Positions 34,890 to 43,705 are shown, counted from the stretch's first letter. The stretch: 64,000 bases of DNA from Thermoleophilaceae bacterium (GCA_036377235.1 DASUYU010000080.1:7797-71796); one strand, 5' to 3'. The notes: generated by a model not told the origin, from the sequence alone. A program made the numbers and translations.

Positions 34890-36140
34890 ATGCCGACTGC
34901 AATCGACCTATTCGAGAAGGCTCGGAGCCACGAGCGCCTGGAGCAGCTCAAGGCCGCGCGGGACCACGGCCTGATGCCGTACTTCCGGGTCCTGGAGGGG
35001 CCCGCCGGCCCGGTCGTCGAGATGGAGGGCAAGCAGCGCATCATGCTGGGCTCGAACAACTACCTCGGGCTCACGGGCGACGCGCGCGTGAAGGACGCGG
35101 CGCGCGAGGCACTCGAGCGCTTCGGCACCGGCCTCACCGGGTCGCGCTTCCTCAACGGCACGCTCTCCCTCCACCTGGAGCTCGAGCGCGAGCTGGCGGA
35201 CTTCATGGGCACCGAGGACGCGCTCGTCTTCACGACGGGCTACCTCGCCAACACCGGCGCCATCGGCACCCTGCTCGGCCCCGGCGACACGGTCATCTGC
35301 GACTCCGGGGACCACGCCTCGATCCTCGACGCCGTGTCGATGTCCCGGGCACGCATCCGGCCGTTCCGCCACAACCGGCTCGACAAGCTCGAGTCGATGC
35401 TGAAGCGCTCCGAGTCGGACGGCGGCGGCGTGCTGGTGGTGGTGGACGGCGTCTTCTCGATGGAGGGCGACCTCTCGCCGATCCCCGACGTGGCGGCGCT
35501 CTGCCGCGAGCACGGCGCGCGGCTGATGGTGGACGAGGCGCACGGAGTGGGCGTGCTGGGCGCGCGCGGCGCCGGCGCCTGCGAGCTCTACGACGCCGAG
35601 GACGAGGTCGACCTGCGCATGGGCACGTTCTCGAAGTCGCTCGCGTCCTGCGGTGGCTTCATCGCGGGCCCCGCCGACGTGATCGACTTCCTGCGGGTGC
35701 AGTCGCGCTCGTTCATGTTCACCGCCGCGGCCGTGCCGGCCGCGATCGGCGCGGCCCTGGGAGCGCTCCGGATCATCCGCTCCGACGAGGGCCCGCAGCT
35801 GATGGCGAAGGTGCTCGCGAACGCCCGCTACCTCCACGACGGCCTCGCCGGCCTCGGCTACGAGGTGATGGAGCCGATCCGCCTGCCGGACGGCTCGGAC
35901 GTGATCACGCCGATCGTCCCGGTCCTGGTGCGCGACGACTGGAAGGCGGTCTTCCTCTGGAAGGCCCTCTACGACGCCGGCGTATACGTGAACGTCGCGA
36001 TCCACCCCGCCGTCCAGCGCGGCGGCGCGCTGCTCCGCACGAGCGTCATGGCGACGCACGAGCGGGACCACCTCGACCGCGCGCTCGAGATCTTCGGTCG
36101 AGTCAAGGGCGAGGTCGAGGCGGCCCAGCCGCCCGTCTGA
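34890..36140 (+). CDS. PLP-dependent alpha-oxoamine synthase, serine-palmitoyltransferase-like
   Basis: Motifs: GSNNYLGL, TGYLANTGAI, DSGDHASILDA, VDEAHGVGVLG, PLP-lysine GTFSKSLASCGGF. From memory, the last is closest to the SPT motif GTFSKSVGTVGGF rather than to BioF, KBL or HemA. Confidence 0.85.
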   Translation: MPTAIDLFEKARSHERLEQLKAARDHGLMPYFRVLEGPAGPVVEMEGKQRIMLGSNNYLGLTGDARVKDAAREALERFGTGLTGSRFLNGTLSLHLELERELADFMGTEDALVFTTGYLANTGAIGTLLGPGDTVICDSGDHASILDAVSMSRARIRPFRHNRLDKLESMLKRSESDGGGVLVVVDGVFSMEGDLSPIPDVAALCREHGARLMVDEAHGVGVLGARGAGACELYDAEDEVDLRMGTFSKSLASCGGFIAGPADVIDFLRVQSRSFMFTAAAVPAAIGAALGALRIIRSDEGPQLMAKVLANARYLHDGLAGLGYEVMEPIRLPDGSDVITPIVPVLVRDDWKAVFLWKALYDAGVYVNVAIHPAVQRGGALLRTSVMATHERDHLDRALEIFGRVKGEVEAAQPPV

Positions 36141-36169
36141 CCGCGTCGCCTGCCCGCGCGCTGCATGAA

Positions 36170-36376
36170 GTGATCGCGGAGTTCGGGTGGAGTGCTGGTC
36201 GCAACCGAGGCGGAGCGCCCTGGTCGCCTCGCGACACTCGTGTTCGTCGAGCGCAATCTCGGCGCCCCACCGCGGACGCCCTGATCGCCGCGACGGCAGC
36301 AGCCCATCGGCTCCCGATCATCACGCGCGACCGCGACTTCGCCCGCCTCGCGGGTGTCGAAGCCGTGATCGTGTGA
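36170..36376 (+). pseudogene. PIN-domain (VapC) toxin C-terminal remnant
   Basis: ...RRPTADALIAATAAAHRLPIITRDRDFARLAGVEAVIV matches the C-terminal third of VapC toxins. The N-terminal PIN half and any VapB partner are missing. The upstream frames are disrupted. Confidence 0.6.
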
Positions 36377-36383
36377 CAGCTCA

Positions 36384-36410
36384 GCCGGGCGCGCCGGTCG
36401 CGCGCCCGGC
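36384..36410. terminator. 11-bp GC hairpin between convergent genes (bidirectional terminator candidate)
   Basis: GCCGGGCGCGC-cggtc-GCGCGCCCGGC. It lies between the VapC remnant stop (36376) and the M14 peptidase stop (36422). Confidence 0.55.
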
Positions 36411-36421
36411 CAAGCTGGCCG

Positions 36422-39400
36422 CTACTGCACCAGACCGTCCAGGATGCGGTCCATCAGGACCGCGCGGTTGCCCGGTCCGTTCACACCCTCGAGGCCGAAG
36501 CCGAACATCATCCCGAACTTGCTCACGGTGACGGCCGCGTCCTCGATCGAGATCTTGTCCGACTGGATCCAGTCGTCCACGTTCTCCGACGGGCTGCCCG
36601 CGTGCGGGCCTGGGATGGTCCAACCGCCCAGGTCGCCCTGGGTCTCGAACCCGGTCTGGGTCACGTTCGAGCCGGCGGTCACGGTCGTGTCGTCGACCAT
36701 CATGCCGGGCACCACCCTCGTGCCCCAGTCGGTCGCGAACACGATCGAGATCTCCACCTGCTTGCCCTGGTAGGCGCTCAGGTCGATCGACCAGTTCTGC
36801 CAGCCGGACGAGTTGCCGCTCGCGGCGTTCCACTCACCTGGCGGCGACCCGATCGTCCCCACCGGGTCGCAGGTGTTGTCATCCACGCCGGGCCCGTTCT
36901 CGTGCAGCGTCTGGTAGTGCTTCAGGATCGGGTGGAGCTCGTCGCCCCAGCCGTTCGTGCAGCTCGAGCCGGTGTTGTCGCTCGTGTGTCCGTTGGCGTC
37001 CGGGAGCGTCGTGTAGTCGTCCTGGCCGACCGTATGGGCCTCGACGAACACGAAGTCCCAATCGAGCTCCGTGTTGAACGAGGTCCAGAACGACAGGTTC
37101 ATCGGCTGACCGGCCGCGACGTTCGTCAGATCAACGGTCCGCGTCAGGCGCTTGTAGCTCGTGTCCGAGTACTGGCTGAACATGTACTTCGAGCCTCCGT
37201 GCGGCGCGAACGGCGCGCCGCCCGACAGCGACCAGTCGGCCGCCTGATCACTCGCGAACTGCGGGTACTGGGCCTTCGGCAGGATGCTCGAGGTGACCAG
37301 GAAGTTGCCGGTCCCGAGACCGCTACCGCCCTGGTTCTTGGCGCTGCTCGCTCCGTTCAGCTGGAACGTGAGCCCGTCGAGCGGTCCGCCGTCCGTGCCC
37401 GCCACCGGGAAGATGTTCCCGGCCGGGTCCTGCCCGCCTGCGTCGGAGCGCAGATACGCCCCGAGGTAGTACTGGGCGAAATCGTTCGACAGCGGGTTGC
37501 ACTTGCCGCCGTCGGTCGTCTGCAGGTCGCCGTCGCAGGTGGAGTTCGGGAGCCCCTCGGTCGGGTACTCCACGAGATCCCACTCACGCCCGGCGTTCAC
37601 CCCGAGGACCGCCACACGGCCGCCCTCGTTGACGAAGTCACGCACGGACATGATGTTCTCCCACGCCTCCGCATCGGAGACGCCCGGCGTGTTCGTGTTG
37701 CGCGTGACGTTGTCGTTTCCGGTCTCCCAGATCACCTTGTCGTAGTGGCTCAGCACTCCGAGCGGGTCGGGCGCCTTGCGGCCCATGGCGTCCCAGTCGT
37801 ATACGTCGTACGCGACGCCGTTCGCCTGGAGAGCGCTCGTGTAGTAGCTCAGGTAATTGGGCTTGTTGGTCTGGCTGTACGCCGGCAGGTTCGACACGCC
37901 GGTGTAGTCCTCCACCGCGAAGACGAGCACCTTCGCGGTGGACTTCACGCGCACGTTGTACGTGAAGTGCTCGCTCGCGGGCACGTTCGCCGCGGTGAAC
38001 CACACCTCCACGTCGTCGCCCTGGTTCGTGCCGGTCACCTGACCGCGCATGCGGTGGTACCAGTAGTCGCCGTCGTCGCCGTAGCGGTCACCGCCGCCCC
38101 ACTCCGTCGTGCCGGCGGTCTGTGCTGCACCGCCGTTCACGCGGTAGTGCAGCTGGACCGGACCGAGGTCACGCCGGGCGTTCACCTGCACGGTCTGGGG
38201 ATCGCCGTACGAGACGTTGAACTTGTCCACCACGAAGTTCGGCGGATCGAAGGCCGGTGAGAGATGGCTCTTCGGATGCGTCACGTCGTTCGCCGAGCGC
38301 GCGAGGTCGAGCGCGAACTGCACGTGGCGCTCGAACTCGGCCTGGACGTCGGCCTCGTCGTCCTGGAAGGCGAACACGCTGCCGGTCGTGGCCGCGGTGC
38401 CCTCAGGCGTGAACGAGATCGTCCCCGTCTTCTTGTACATGTGGTCGTTCGTGTCGCCGTTCGTCGTGTAGAGATCGGCGCCCACATCCGGGTCGAACGT
38501 CGGGATCCCGGGGTTGTGGTCATCCCCGGCCAGCGCGATCATGAGCGGCTCGTCCGCGGGATGCGTGTCGACCTGCCAGCCGAAGGGCCACAGGATCAGC
38601 TGCGCCGCGGTGTGGTCGTTCTTGTTGTAGGCGAAGTCGACCCTGTCCATCAGCGACATGAACGCCTTCGTCTCAGGCTCGGAGGCGGGTCCGGTGCCGC
38701 GGTACGTCTCAGACGCGGTGTCGGTGTTCGAACCCTCGTCGTCGTAGTTCCAGTGCGTCGGGAAGTTCCGGTTCGGGTCAACGCCGTCGACCGCGGTGAT
38801 CTGGCCGTCGCCGTTGTTGTCGTGCAGGTTCTTCCGCCACAGGCGGTTCGGCGGGTCGAACGTGAAGTCGTACCCGTCGGGGTTGCAGATGATGATGAAC
38901 CACAGCTCGCGGGTGTTCACGAGGTTCGTGAGCTCCGTCGAGGAGACGCCTTGGATCGGCTTGCCATCGGTGCCGACGGCGGTGCCGCTCTTGCCGTAGT
39001 TGTCCACGAACATGCGAAGCGTCCGCCGCTCGGTCTCACCGGCCAGCCATTCGCGTGCGTGCTGGACCGCCGAGTAGAGCACGGCCGGACGGCTGTTGTC
39101 ATTCGTCGTCCCCGCGTCCTTCGTGACCTTGAGCGCGTAGATCGGCTGCCCGCGCAGCGAGTGGCCGATCGTCTCGAGCTTCACGATCCCGGGGTTCTGC
39201 TGGGCGATCTTCTCGATCTGCGTCTTGATGTTCGTCTTGGGGTTGCCCGCCGCGTTCGACAGCTGTACGTCGGTGCGCGCGTACGGACGCCACACCTCCC
39301 AGCCGCCGGACGCCTGGGCGGCCGCGGCCTTCAGCGCGGTGCGCCCGCGCTTGGTGCGGATCAGCTTGGTCCTGATGCCGGCCCTGCGCAGCTTCCTGAC

Positions 39401-39604
39401 CTGCCCCTTCGTCGCGACGATCTCGACGCCCTTGCGGCGCTTGCCCTCCGTCAGGTCGAAGCCGAGCTTCTTCAGCACACGGAGCTGCTTCAGCCCCTTG
39501 GCGTTCGCCTTGTAGGAATTCAAACCGACGCCCGCCGATGCCGGCGCGGCGACGGCGAGGACAAGAAGCGCGGTCAGCGCAACGACTACTCCACGGACCT
39601 TCAT
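36422..39604 (-). CDS. Secreted M14 zinc carboxypeptidase with propeptide and ~650-aa C-terminal extension
   Basis: ATG 39604 follows an AGGGGGGAA SD. Signal peptide MKVRGVVVALTALLVLAVAAPASA. Propeptide-like segment (KQLRVLKKLGFDL). Zn motif VQHAREWLAGE, then NPDGYDF, DPNRNF and a long Asp/Gly/Thr-rich C-terminal region. Confidence 0.88.
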   Translation of the reverse strand: MKVRGVVVALTALLVLAVAAPASAGVGLNSYKANAKGLKQLRVLKKLGFDLTEGKRRKGVEIVATKGQVRKLRRAGIRTKLIRTKRGRTALKAAAAQASGGWEVWRPYARTDVQLSNAAGNPKTNIKTQIEKIAQQNPGIVKLETIGHSLRGQPIYALKVTKDAGTTNDNSRPAVLYSAVQHAREWLAGETERRTLRMFVDNYGKSGTAVGTDGKPIQGVSSTELTNLVNTRELWFIIICNPDGYDFTFDPPNRLWRKNLHDNNGDGQITAVDGVDPNRNFPTHWNYDDEGSNTDTASETYRGTGPASEPETKAFMSLMDRVDFAYNKNDHTAAQLILWPFGWQVDTHPADEPLMIALAGDDHNPGIPTFDPDVGADLYTTNGDTNDHMYKKTGTISFTPEGTAATTGSVFAFQDDEADVQAEFERHVQFALDLARSANDVTHPKSHLSPAFDPPNFVVDKFNVSYGDPQTVQVNARRDLGPVQLHYRVNGGAAQTAGTTEWGGGDRYGDDGDYWYHRMRGQVTGTNQGDDVEVWFTAANVPASEHFTYNVRVKSTAKVLVFAVEDYTGVSNLPAYSQTNKPNYLSYYTSALQANGVAYDVYDWDAMGRKAPDPLGVLSHYDKVIWETGNDNVTRNTNTPGVSDAEAWENIMSVRDFVNEGGRVAVLGVNAGREWDLVEYPTEGLPNSTCDGDLQTTDGGKCNPLSNDFAQYYLGAYLRSDAGGQDPAGNIFPVAGTDGGPLDGLTFQLNGASSAKNQGGSGLGTGNFLVTSSILPKAQYPQFASDQAADWSLSGGAPFAPHGGSKYMFSQYSDTSYKRLTRTVDLTNVAAGQPMNLSFWTSFNTELDWDFVFVEAHTVGQDDYTTLPDANGHTSDNTGSSCTNGWGDELHPILKHYQTLHENGPGVDDNTCDPVGTIGSPPGEWNAASGNSSGWQNWSIDLSAYQGKQVEISIVFATDWGTRVVPGMMVDDTTVTAGSNVTQTGFETQGDLGGWTIPGPHAGSPSENVDDWIQSDKISIEDAAVTVSKFGMMFGFGLEGVNGPGNRAVLMDRILDGLVQ

Positions 39605-39721
39605 CGTGAGGTTCCCCCCTATTGGAACGACTCTCCCCAGGTACTCCCTACCCAATGACCGCGGCAGCGTATCTCTATCGCGCCAAGAGCGTCCACTCAC
39701 CTTCGAAATCGCAGCGGTTTG

Positions 39722-40651
39722 CTAGCCCGGCGCCTCGGAAGCTCGTGCACGGCCGCCGCGGACGCGGCCGGCGAGCGCGGCCAGGCCAGGCGGCACGCGG
39801 CCGTCCGTGGACAGCCATGAGCCGGCCAGGATCACGAGCAGGCCCACCACCACGCCGGTCGTGACGCTCTCGTCGAGGATCGCCACTCCGAGCGCCAGCG
39901 CGACCACGGGGTTGATGTAGGTGATCACGGTGGCCCTCCCGGGGCCGACCTCGGCGATCAGCCGGAAGAAGAACAGGAAGGCGAGCGCCGAGCACAGGAG
40001 GCCGAGCACGACGACCGATGCGATCGTGTCCGCGGAGGGCGCCGAGTCCGGCAGGCTGGCGGCCGCGAACGGCGTGACGAGCAGCGCGGCGATGCCGAGC
40101 GACGCGGCCACGGGGCCGAGCGGATCCACGTCCGAGAGCCGCCGCTTCACGATCATCGGCCCGATCGCGTACAGGAAGGCGACGACGAGGATCGCGCCGG
40201 CGCCGAGCAGCTCGTCGCCCTTTCCGCCGATGTCGATGCCCACCAGCGCCACGACGCCGCCGAGTCCGATGAGCATGCCCACGAGCCGTGTCGGCGTGGG
40301 CCGCTCCGAGTGGTCGAAGCGGGTGGCGAGGAGGGCCACGAAGAGCGGGACGGCCGCGATCAGGATCGCCGCGAGCGAGGAGCTCACGTGGACCTCGCCG
40401 AAGCCGAGCAGCGGCCACGGCACGGCCATCTCGACGGCGGCGAACACCGTGAGGGCCCTCCAGCGAGCGGCGAGCCCGCGGAGCGCGCCGAGCCTCCACG
40501 CCACCGGGAGGAGCACGGCGGCCGCGATGGCGAGCCGCGACCACGCGACGACGCTGGGCGAGAGCTCGTCGACCGCGATCTTGATGAACAGGTACGGCAT
40601 GCCCCAGATCACGGAGACGGCGGCGAACAGCGTCCAGGCGCGGGCGCTCAT
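39722..40651 (-). CDS. EamA/DMT family transporter
   Basis: MSARAWTLFAAVSVIWGMPYLFIKIAV, with 10 predicted TM segments. Confidence 0.85.
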   Translation of the reverse strand: MSARAWTLFAAVSVIWGMPYLFIKIAVDELSPSVVAWSRLAIAAAVLLPVAWRLGALRGLAARWRALTVFAAVEMAVPWPLLGFGEVHVSSSLAAILIAAVPLFVALLATRFDHSERPTPTRLVGMLIGLGGVVALVGIDIGGKGDELLGAGAILVVAFLYAIGPMIVKRRLSDVDPLGPVAASLGIAALLVTPFAAASLPDSAPSADTIASVVVLGLLCSALAFLFFFRLIAEVGPGRATVITYINPVVALALGVAILDESVTTGVVVGLLVILAGSWLSTDGRVPPGLAALAGRVRGGRARASEAPG

Positions 40652-40726
40652 TCGGTTGAGGCTACCGGCGCCTCCGTCTCGCCTTGGCCGTGCGTGAGTG
40701 GGCTATGGCCCAGCTGAGGGCGGCGT

Positions 40727-40963
40727 TCATGCGGCCTCCTCGTAGCGCGCCTCGAGGCGCAGCATCTCGACGATGTCGTCCGTGCGGTGGAACGGGTCCG
40801 CGACCACCTGGCCGTCGAGCAGGCCCAGCGCGGCACGCAGCTCGTCGCCGACGTAGGCGAGCAGGGCCGGCCCGTGGGGCGCGCGGCGGTCGTCCAGAGC
40901 AGCGAGGCGCCACACCGGCGGGATGTCGGCGTCCGCGTGCTTGATGATGAGAGGCTCGTTCAT
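40727..40963 (-). CDS. Small hypothetical protein (78 aa)
   Basis: An AGGTGG SD lies 7 nt upstream of ATG 40963. High GC3. No recognised family. Confidence 0.5.
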   Translation of the reverse strand: MNEPLIIKHADADIPPVWRLAALDDRRAPHGPALLAYVGDELRAALGLLDGQVVADPFHRTDDIVEMLRLEARYEEAA

Positions 40964-41015
40964 GCGTAACCACCTAAGTCGTTATGACGGACATGATAGC
41001 ACCAGCTAAACTGTT

Positions 41016-41591
41016 TTGGCAGTTATGGCCCCCGGGGAGACATCGACGGCCAAGACCGCGCCCGAGCCGCTCTACCTCGTGCAGCGGTTCGTGAACAGCG
41101 TGGATCTCGAGACGGGCGAGGACGAGCTCGCGACCCCCGAGGCGCTCCGCGACTGGTTCGCCGCGCGTGGCCTGATGGATCCGGCCGACTCGGTCGGCGC
41201 AGCGGACCTGCGCCGCGCGCTCGACGTGCGCGAGGGGCTCCGCGCCGTGCTGCTCCAGAACAACGGCCTCCCCCTCGACGAGGAGCTCGTGATGAAGCTC
41301 GACCGCGCCGTGGGCCGCGCGTCGGTCCGCGTCCGCTTCGAGCCAGGGCGCGACCCCGAGCTCGTGGCGAGCTGCCAGGGCGTCGACGGCGCGATCGCGG
41401 CGCTGATGGCCATGGTCGCCGCCGGCGTGGAGAGCGGCCGCTGGGAGCGGCTCAAGGCGTGCCCGCGCGAGGAGTGCGAGTGGGCCTTCTACGACCGCTC
41501 GAAGAACTCCTCCGGCCGGTGGTGCGCGATGGAGTCGTGCGGGAACATCGAGAAGGCGCGGGCGTTCAGGCGGCGGCGCGCGCAAGCGTGA
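41016..41591 (+). CDS. CGNR zinc-finger / ABATE domain protein
   Basis: FVNSVDLETGEDELATPEALRDW is ABATE-like. The C-terminal motif is C..EEC.WAFYDRSKNSSGRWCAMESCGNIEKARAFRRR. Start is TTG 41016 or ATG 41025. Confidence 0.85.
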   Translation: MAVMAPGETSTAKTAPEPLYLVQRFVNSVDLETGEDELATPEALRDWFAARGLMDPADSVGAADLRRALDVREGLRAVLLQNNGLPLDEELVMKLDRAVGRASVRVRFEPGRDPELVASCQGVDGAIAALMAMVAAGVESGRWERLKACPREECEWAFYDRSKNSSGRWCAMESCGNIEKARAFRRRRAQA

Positions 41592-41601
41592 TGGGTGTAA
41601 T

Positions 41602-41627
41602 GGGGTCAGAGCTTCGCTCTGACCCCG
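41602..41627. terminator. Bidirectional intrinsic terminator hairpin
   Basis: GGGGTCAGAGC-ttcg-GCTCTGACCCC, followed by GTCTTCG. It lies between the convergent CGNR and pyk genes. Confidence 0.7.
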
Positions 41628-41640
41628 TCTTCGCTGGCCG

Positions 41641-43053
41641 CTACTCGAGCGTGTGAACCTTGAACAGGTTGGTCCCGCCCGCGCTGCCCGCGGGCAGCCC
41701 GGCCGTGATCCCGATCTTGTCGCCCGTCTGCGCGAACCCCTCGCGCTCCGCGACCTCGGCGCACGCCTCGAGCAGGCCGAGCGTGTCCATCGGCTCCTCG
41801 TTCAGGCGCGGGTGCACCCCCCACAGGAGCTGGCAGCGGCGCACGACCTCCTTCCGCGGTGACAGCGCCAAAACGGGCGCCTTCGGCCGGTAGGCCGAGA
41901 TGAGGCCCGCCGTCGCGCCGGTGTTGGTCGGCGACACGATGCACTTCAGGCCCAGCTGGTACACCGCGCCGACCGCCCCGAAGGCGATCGCGTGGTACTG
42001 GTTGTTCGCCCGCGGCCCGCGCTCGGCCAGCCACCGCCCGTAGGGCAGCTCGCGCTCGGTGGTCTGCGCGATCGAGGCCATCATCTGCACGGCGAGCACC
42101 GGGTGCTTCCCGACCGCGGTCTCCTGGGAGAGCATCACCGCGTCGGTGCCGTCGAAGATCGCGTTCGCCACGTCGGCCACCTCGGCGCGCGTCGGGCGCG
42201 TGGAGTGGACCATCGACTCGAGCATCTGGGTCGCGGTGATGGTGGGCTTGGCGGCCCGCCCCGCGACCGCGAGCAGCCGCTTCTGGACGAGCGGCACCTC
42301 CTCGATCGGCAGCTCGATGCCCAGGTCGCCGCGGGCGATCATGATGCCGTCCGCCGCTTGGATGATCTCCTCGCCGTTGGCGGCCGCCTGGGGCTTCTCG
42401 ATCTTCGCGATCAGCGGCACCTCGACCCCGCGGGCCGCCAGGTGCTCGCGCACCGGCTCGAGGTCCTCCTGGCGCCGCACGAACGAGAGCGCGAAGAAGT
42501 CCACGCCCATCTCGAGCCCGGCGTCGACCAGCCCGATGTCCTCCTCGCTCACGGCGGGGAGCGAGACCGTCACGTTGGGCAGGTTGAGGCCCTGCCGCGA
42601 CGCGACGCTGCCCCCCACCTCGACCGTCGTGACCACGTCGCCGTCGTCCACGGACCCGACCCGGAGCCGGACGGCTCCGTCGGCCAGGTAGAGCACGTCG
42701 CCCTTGTCCACCAGCTCAGAGAACCCCTGCCACGCGACCGGCAGGCGGTCGGCTGTGCCCTCCACCTGCTCGCCCGTGAGCACGACCCGCGACTCCCGCG
42801 CCAGCTCCGCCACACCGCCGGCCACGGGCCCGATCCTGAGCTTGGGCCCGGGCAGGTCACCGAGGATGGCCACGTCCCGCCCGGCGCGCTCGGCGCCCTC
42901 CCGAATGGCCGCGGCGATCTCGGCGTGCTGCTCGGATGTGCCGTGCGCGAAGTTGAGGCGTGCGACGTCCATGCCCGCCGCGATCATCTCCTGGAGGACG
43001 TCCGGGCTCTGAGAGGACGGGCCGATCGTCGCGACGATCTTCGTCGAGCGCAT
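41641..43053 (-). CDS. pyk: Pyruvate kinase
   Basis: Motifs: MRSTKIVATIGPSS, VARLNFAHG, GDLPGPKLR, IAKIE, IMIARGDLGIE, ATQMLESM. Confidence 0.96.
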   Translation of the reverse strand: MRSTKIVATIGPSSQSPDVLQEMIAAGMDVARLNFAHGTSEQHAEIAAAIREGAERAGRDVAILGDLPGPKLRIGPVAGGVAELARESRVVLTGEQVEGTADRLPVAWQGFSELVDKGDVLYLADGAVRLRVGSVDDGDVVTTVEVGGSVASRQGLNLPNVTVSLPAVSEEDIGLVDAGLEMGVDFFALSFVRRQEDLEPVREHLAARGVEVPLIAKIEKPQAAANGEEIIQAADGIMIARGDLGIELPIEEVPLVQKRLLAVAGRAAKPTITATQMLESMVHSTRPTRAEVADVANAIFDGTDAVMLSQETAVGKHPVLAVQMMASIAQTTERELPYGRWLAERGPRANNQYHAIAFGAVGAVYQLGLKCIVSPTNTGATAGLISAYRPKAPVLALSPRKEVVRRCQLLWGVHPRLNEEPMDTLGLLEACAEVAEREGFAQTGDKIGITAGLPAGSAGGTNLFKVHTLE

Positions 43054-43273
43054 GCGCTCTTGACCTTACCCACGAAAAGCCCGCTCTTAGCGGCCGACCT
43101 CCGAAAGTCGATGTTGACGCTCGGCGTGGGAGAGGTTTTGATGGCCTCTGGCCTCACGAGCAACTGGGAACCGCGCGATTGGCCCACCCGCTTGCCGGTT
43201 CGACGAAGTCGCACGGGGGCTCCGGGGTATCTGCACAAGTAGTTCGAGATCGCACGTAGTGCGGGGAGGTCTG

Positions 43274-43705
43274 ATGGGCAAGCCGGCCACGATCGACGCT
43301 GGTCAAGAGCAGCATTTGCAGGCGCTGGAGTACGCGAATCGCGTCCGCCTCGCCCGTGCTCGGATGAAGCGTCGAGTTGCCGCTGGCGAGCTCTCCGCCG
43401 CTGAGGTCATCCTCAGCTGCCCCTGGCAGGCCCACAGCATGTCGATCAGCGACCTGCTGATGAGCCAGAAGCGCTGGGGAAGAGCCCGGTGCAGAAGGCT
43501 GCTGGTCTCGCTCGGCGTCCCGGAGAACAAGCAGATCGGGACACTCACCGAGCGCCAGCGTCTTGCACTGGCCGCTGTGCTCGCCGCGAAGAACGCCCCG
43601 GTAGGAACCTCGGCCGCAGTGCGGCCCGCTGAAGCGAAGCGCGTCCCCGCGGCTCCCGCGCGGGCCACGCTTGCGCCTCGCGAAGGCGCATTGACGGCCG
43701 CCTGA
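43274..43705 (+). CDS. MihF/sIHF-like (actinobacterial integration host factor family) DNA-binding protein
   Basis: A GGGGAGG SD lies 5 nt before ATG 43274. The pattern ALEYANRVRLARARMKRRVAAGELSAAEVI...MSISDLLMSQKRWGRARCRRLLVSLGVPENKQIGTLTERQR aligns by eye with mIHF/sIHF (AALEKAAAARR...LKxG...MKVSALLESLPGVGKVRAKQIM..LGI...R.LG..Q). The Ala/Pro-rich tail is extra. Confidence 0.55.
   Translation: MGKPATIDAGQEQHLQALEYANRVRLARARMKRRVAAGELSAAEVILSCPWQAHSMSISDLLMSQKRWGRARCRRLLVSLGVPENKQIGTLTERQRLALAAVLAAKNAPVGTSAAVRPAEAKRVPAAPARATLAPREGALTAA

Noticed and set aside
36602-39658. ORFs 36602..38260 and 38264..39658 (+), 552 and 464 aa
   Set aside because: They are antisense to the strongly supported M14 peptidase gene, with Arg/Val/His-rich translations and no motifs.
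43114-43142. TTGACG-N17-TTTGAT as a sigma-70-like promoter for the MihF-like gene
   Set aside because: The -35 is good, but the -10 candidate is a weak match to TANNNT. Without TSS data this is guesswork, so it is not listed as a feature.
43197-43203. GGTTCGA T-loop-like motif in the pyk/MihF intergenic region, a possible tRNA
   Set aside because: The flanking bases do not form a T-stem, and I could draw no acceptor, D or anticodon arms. This is not a tRNA.
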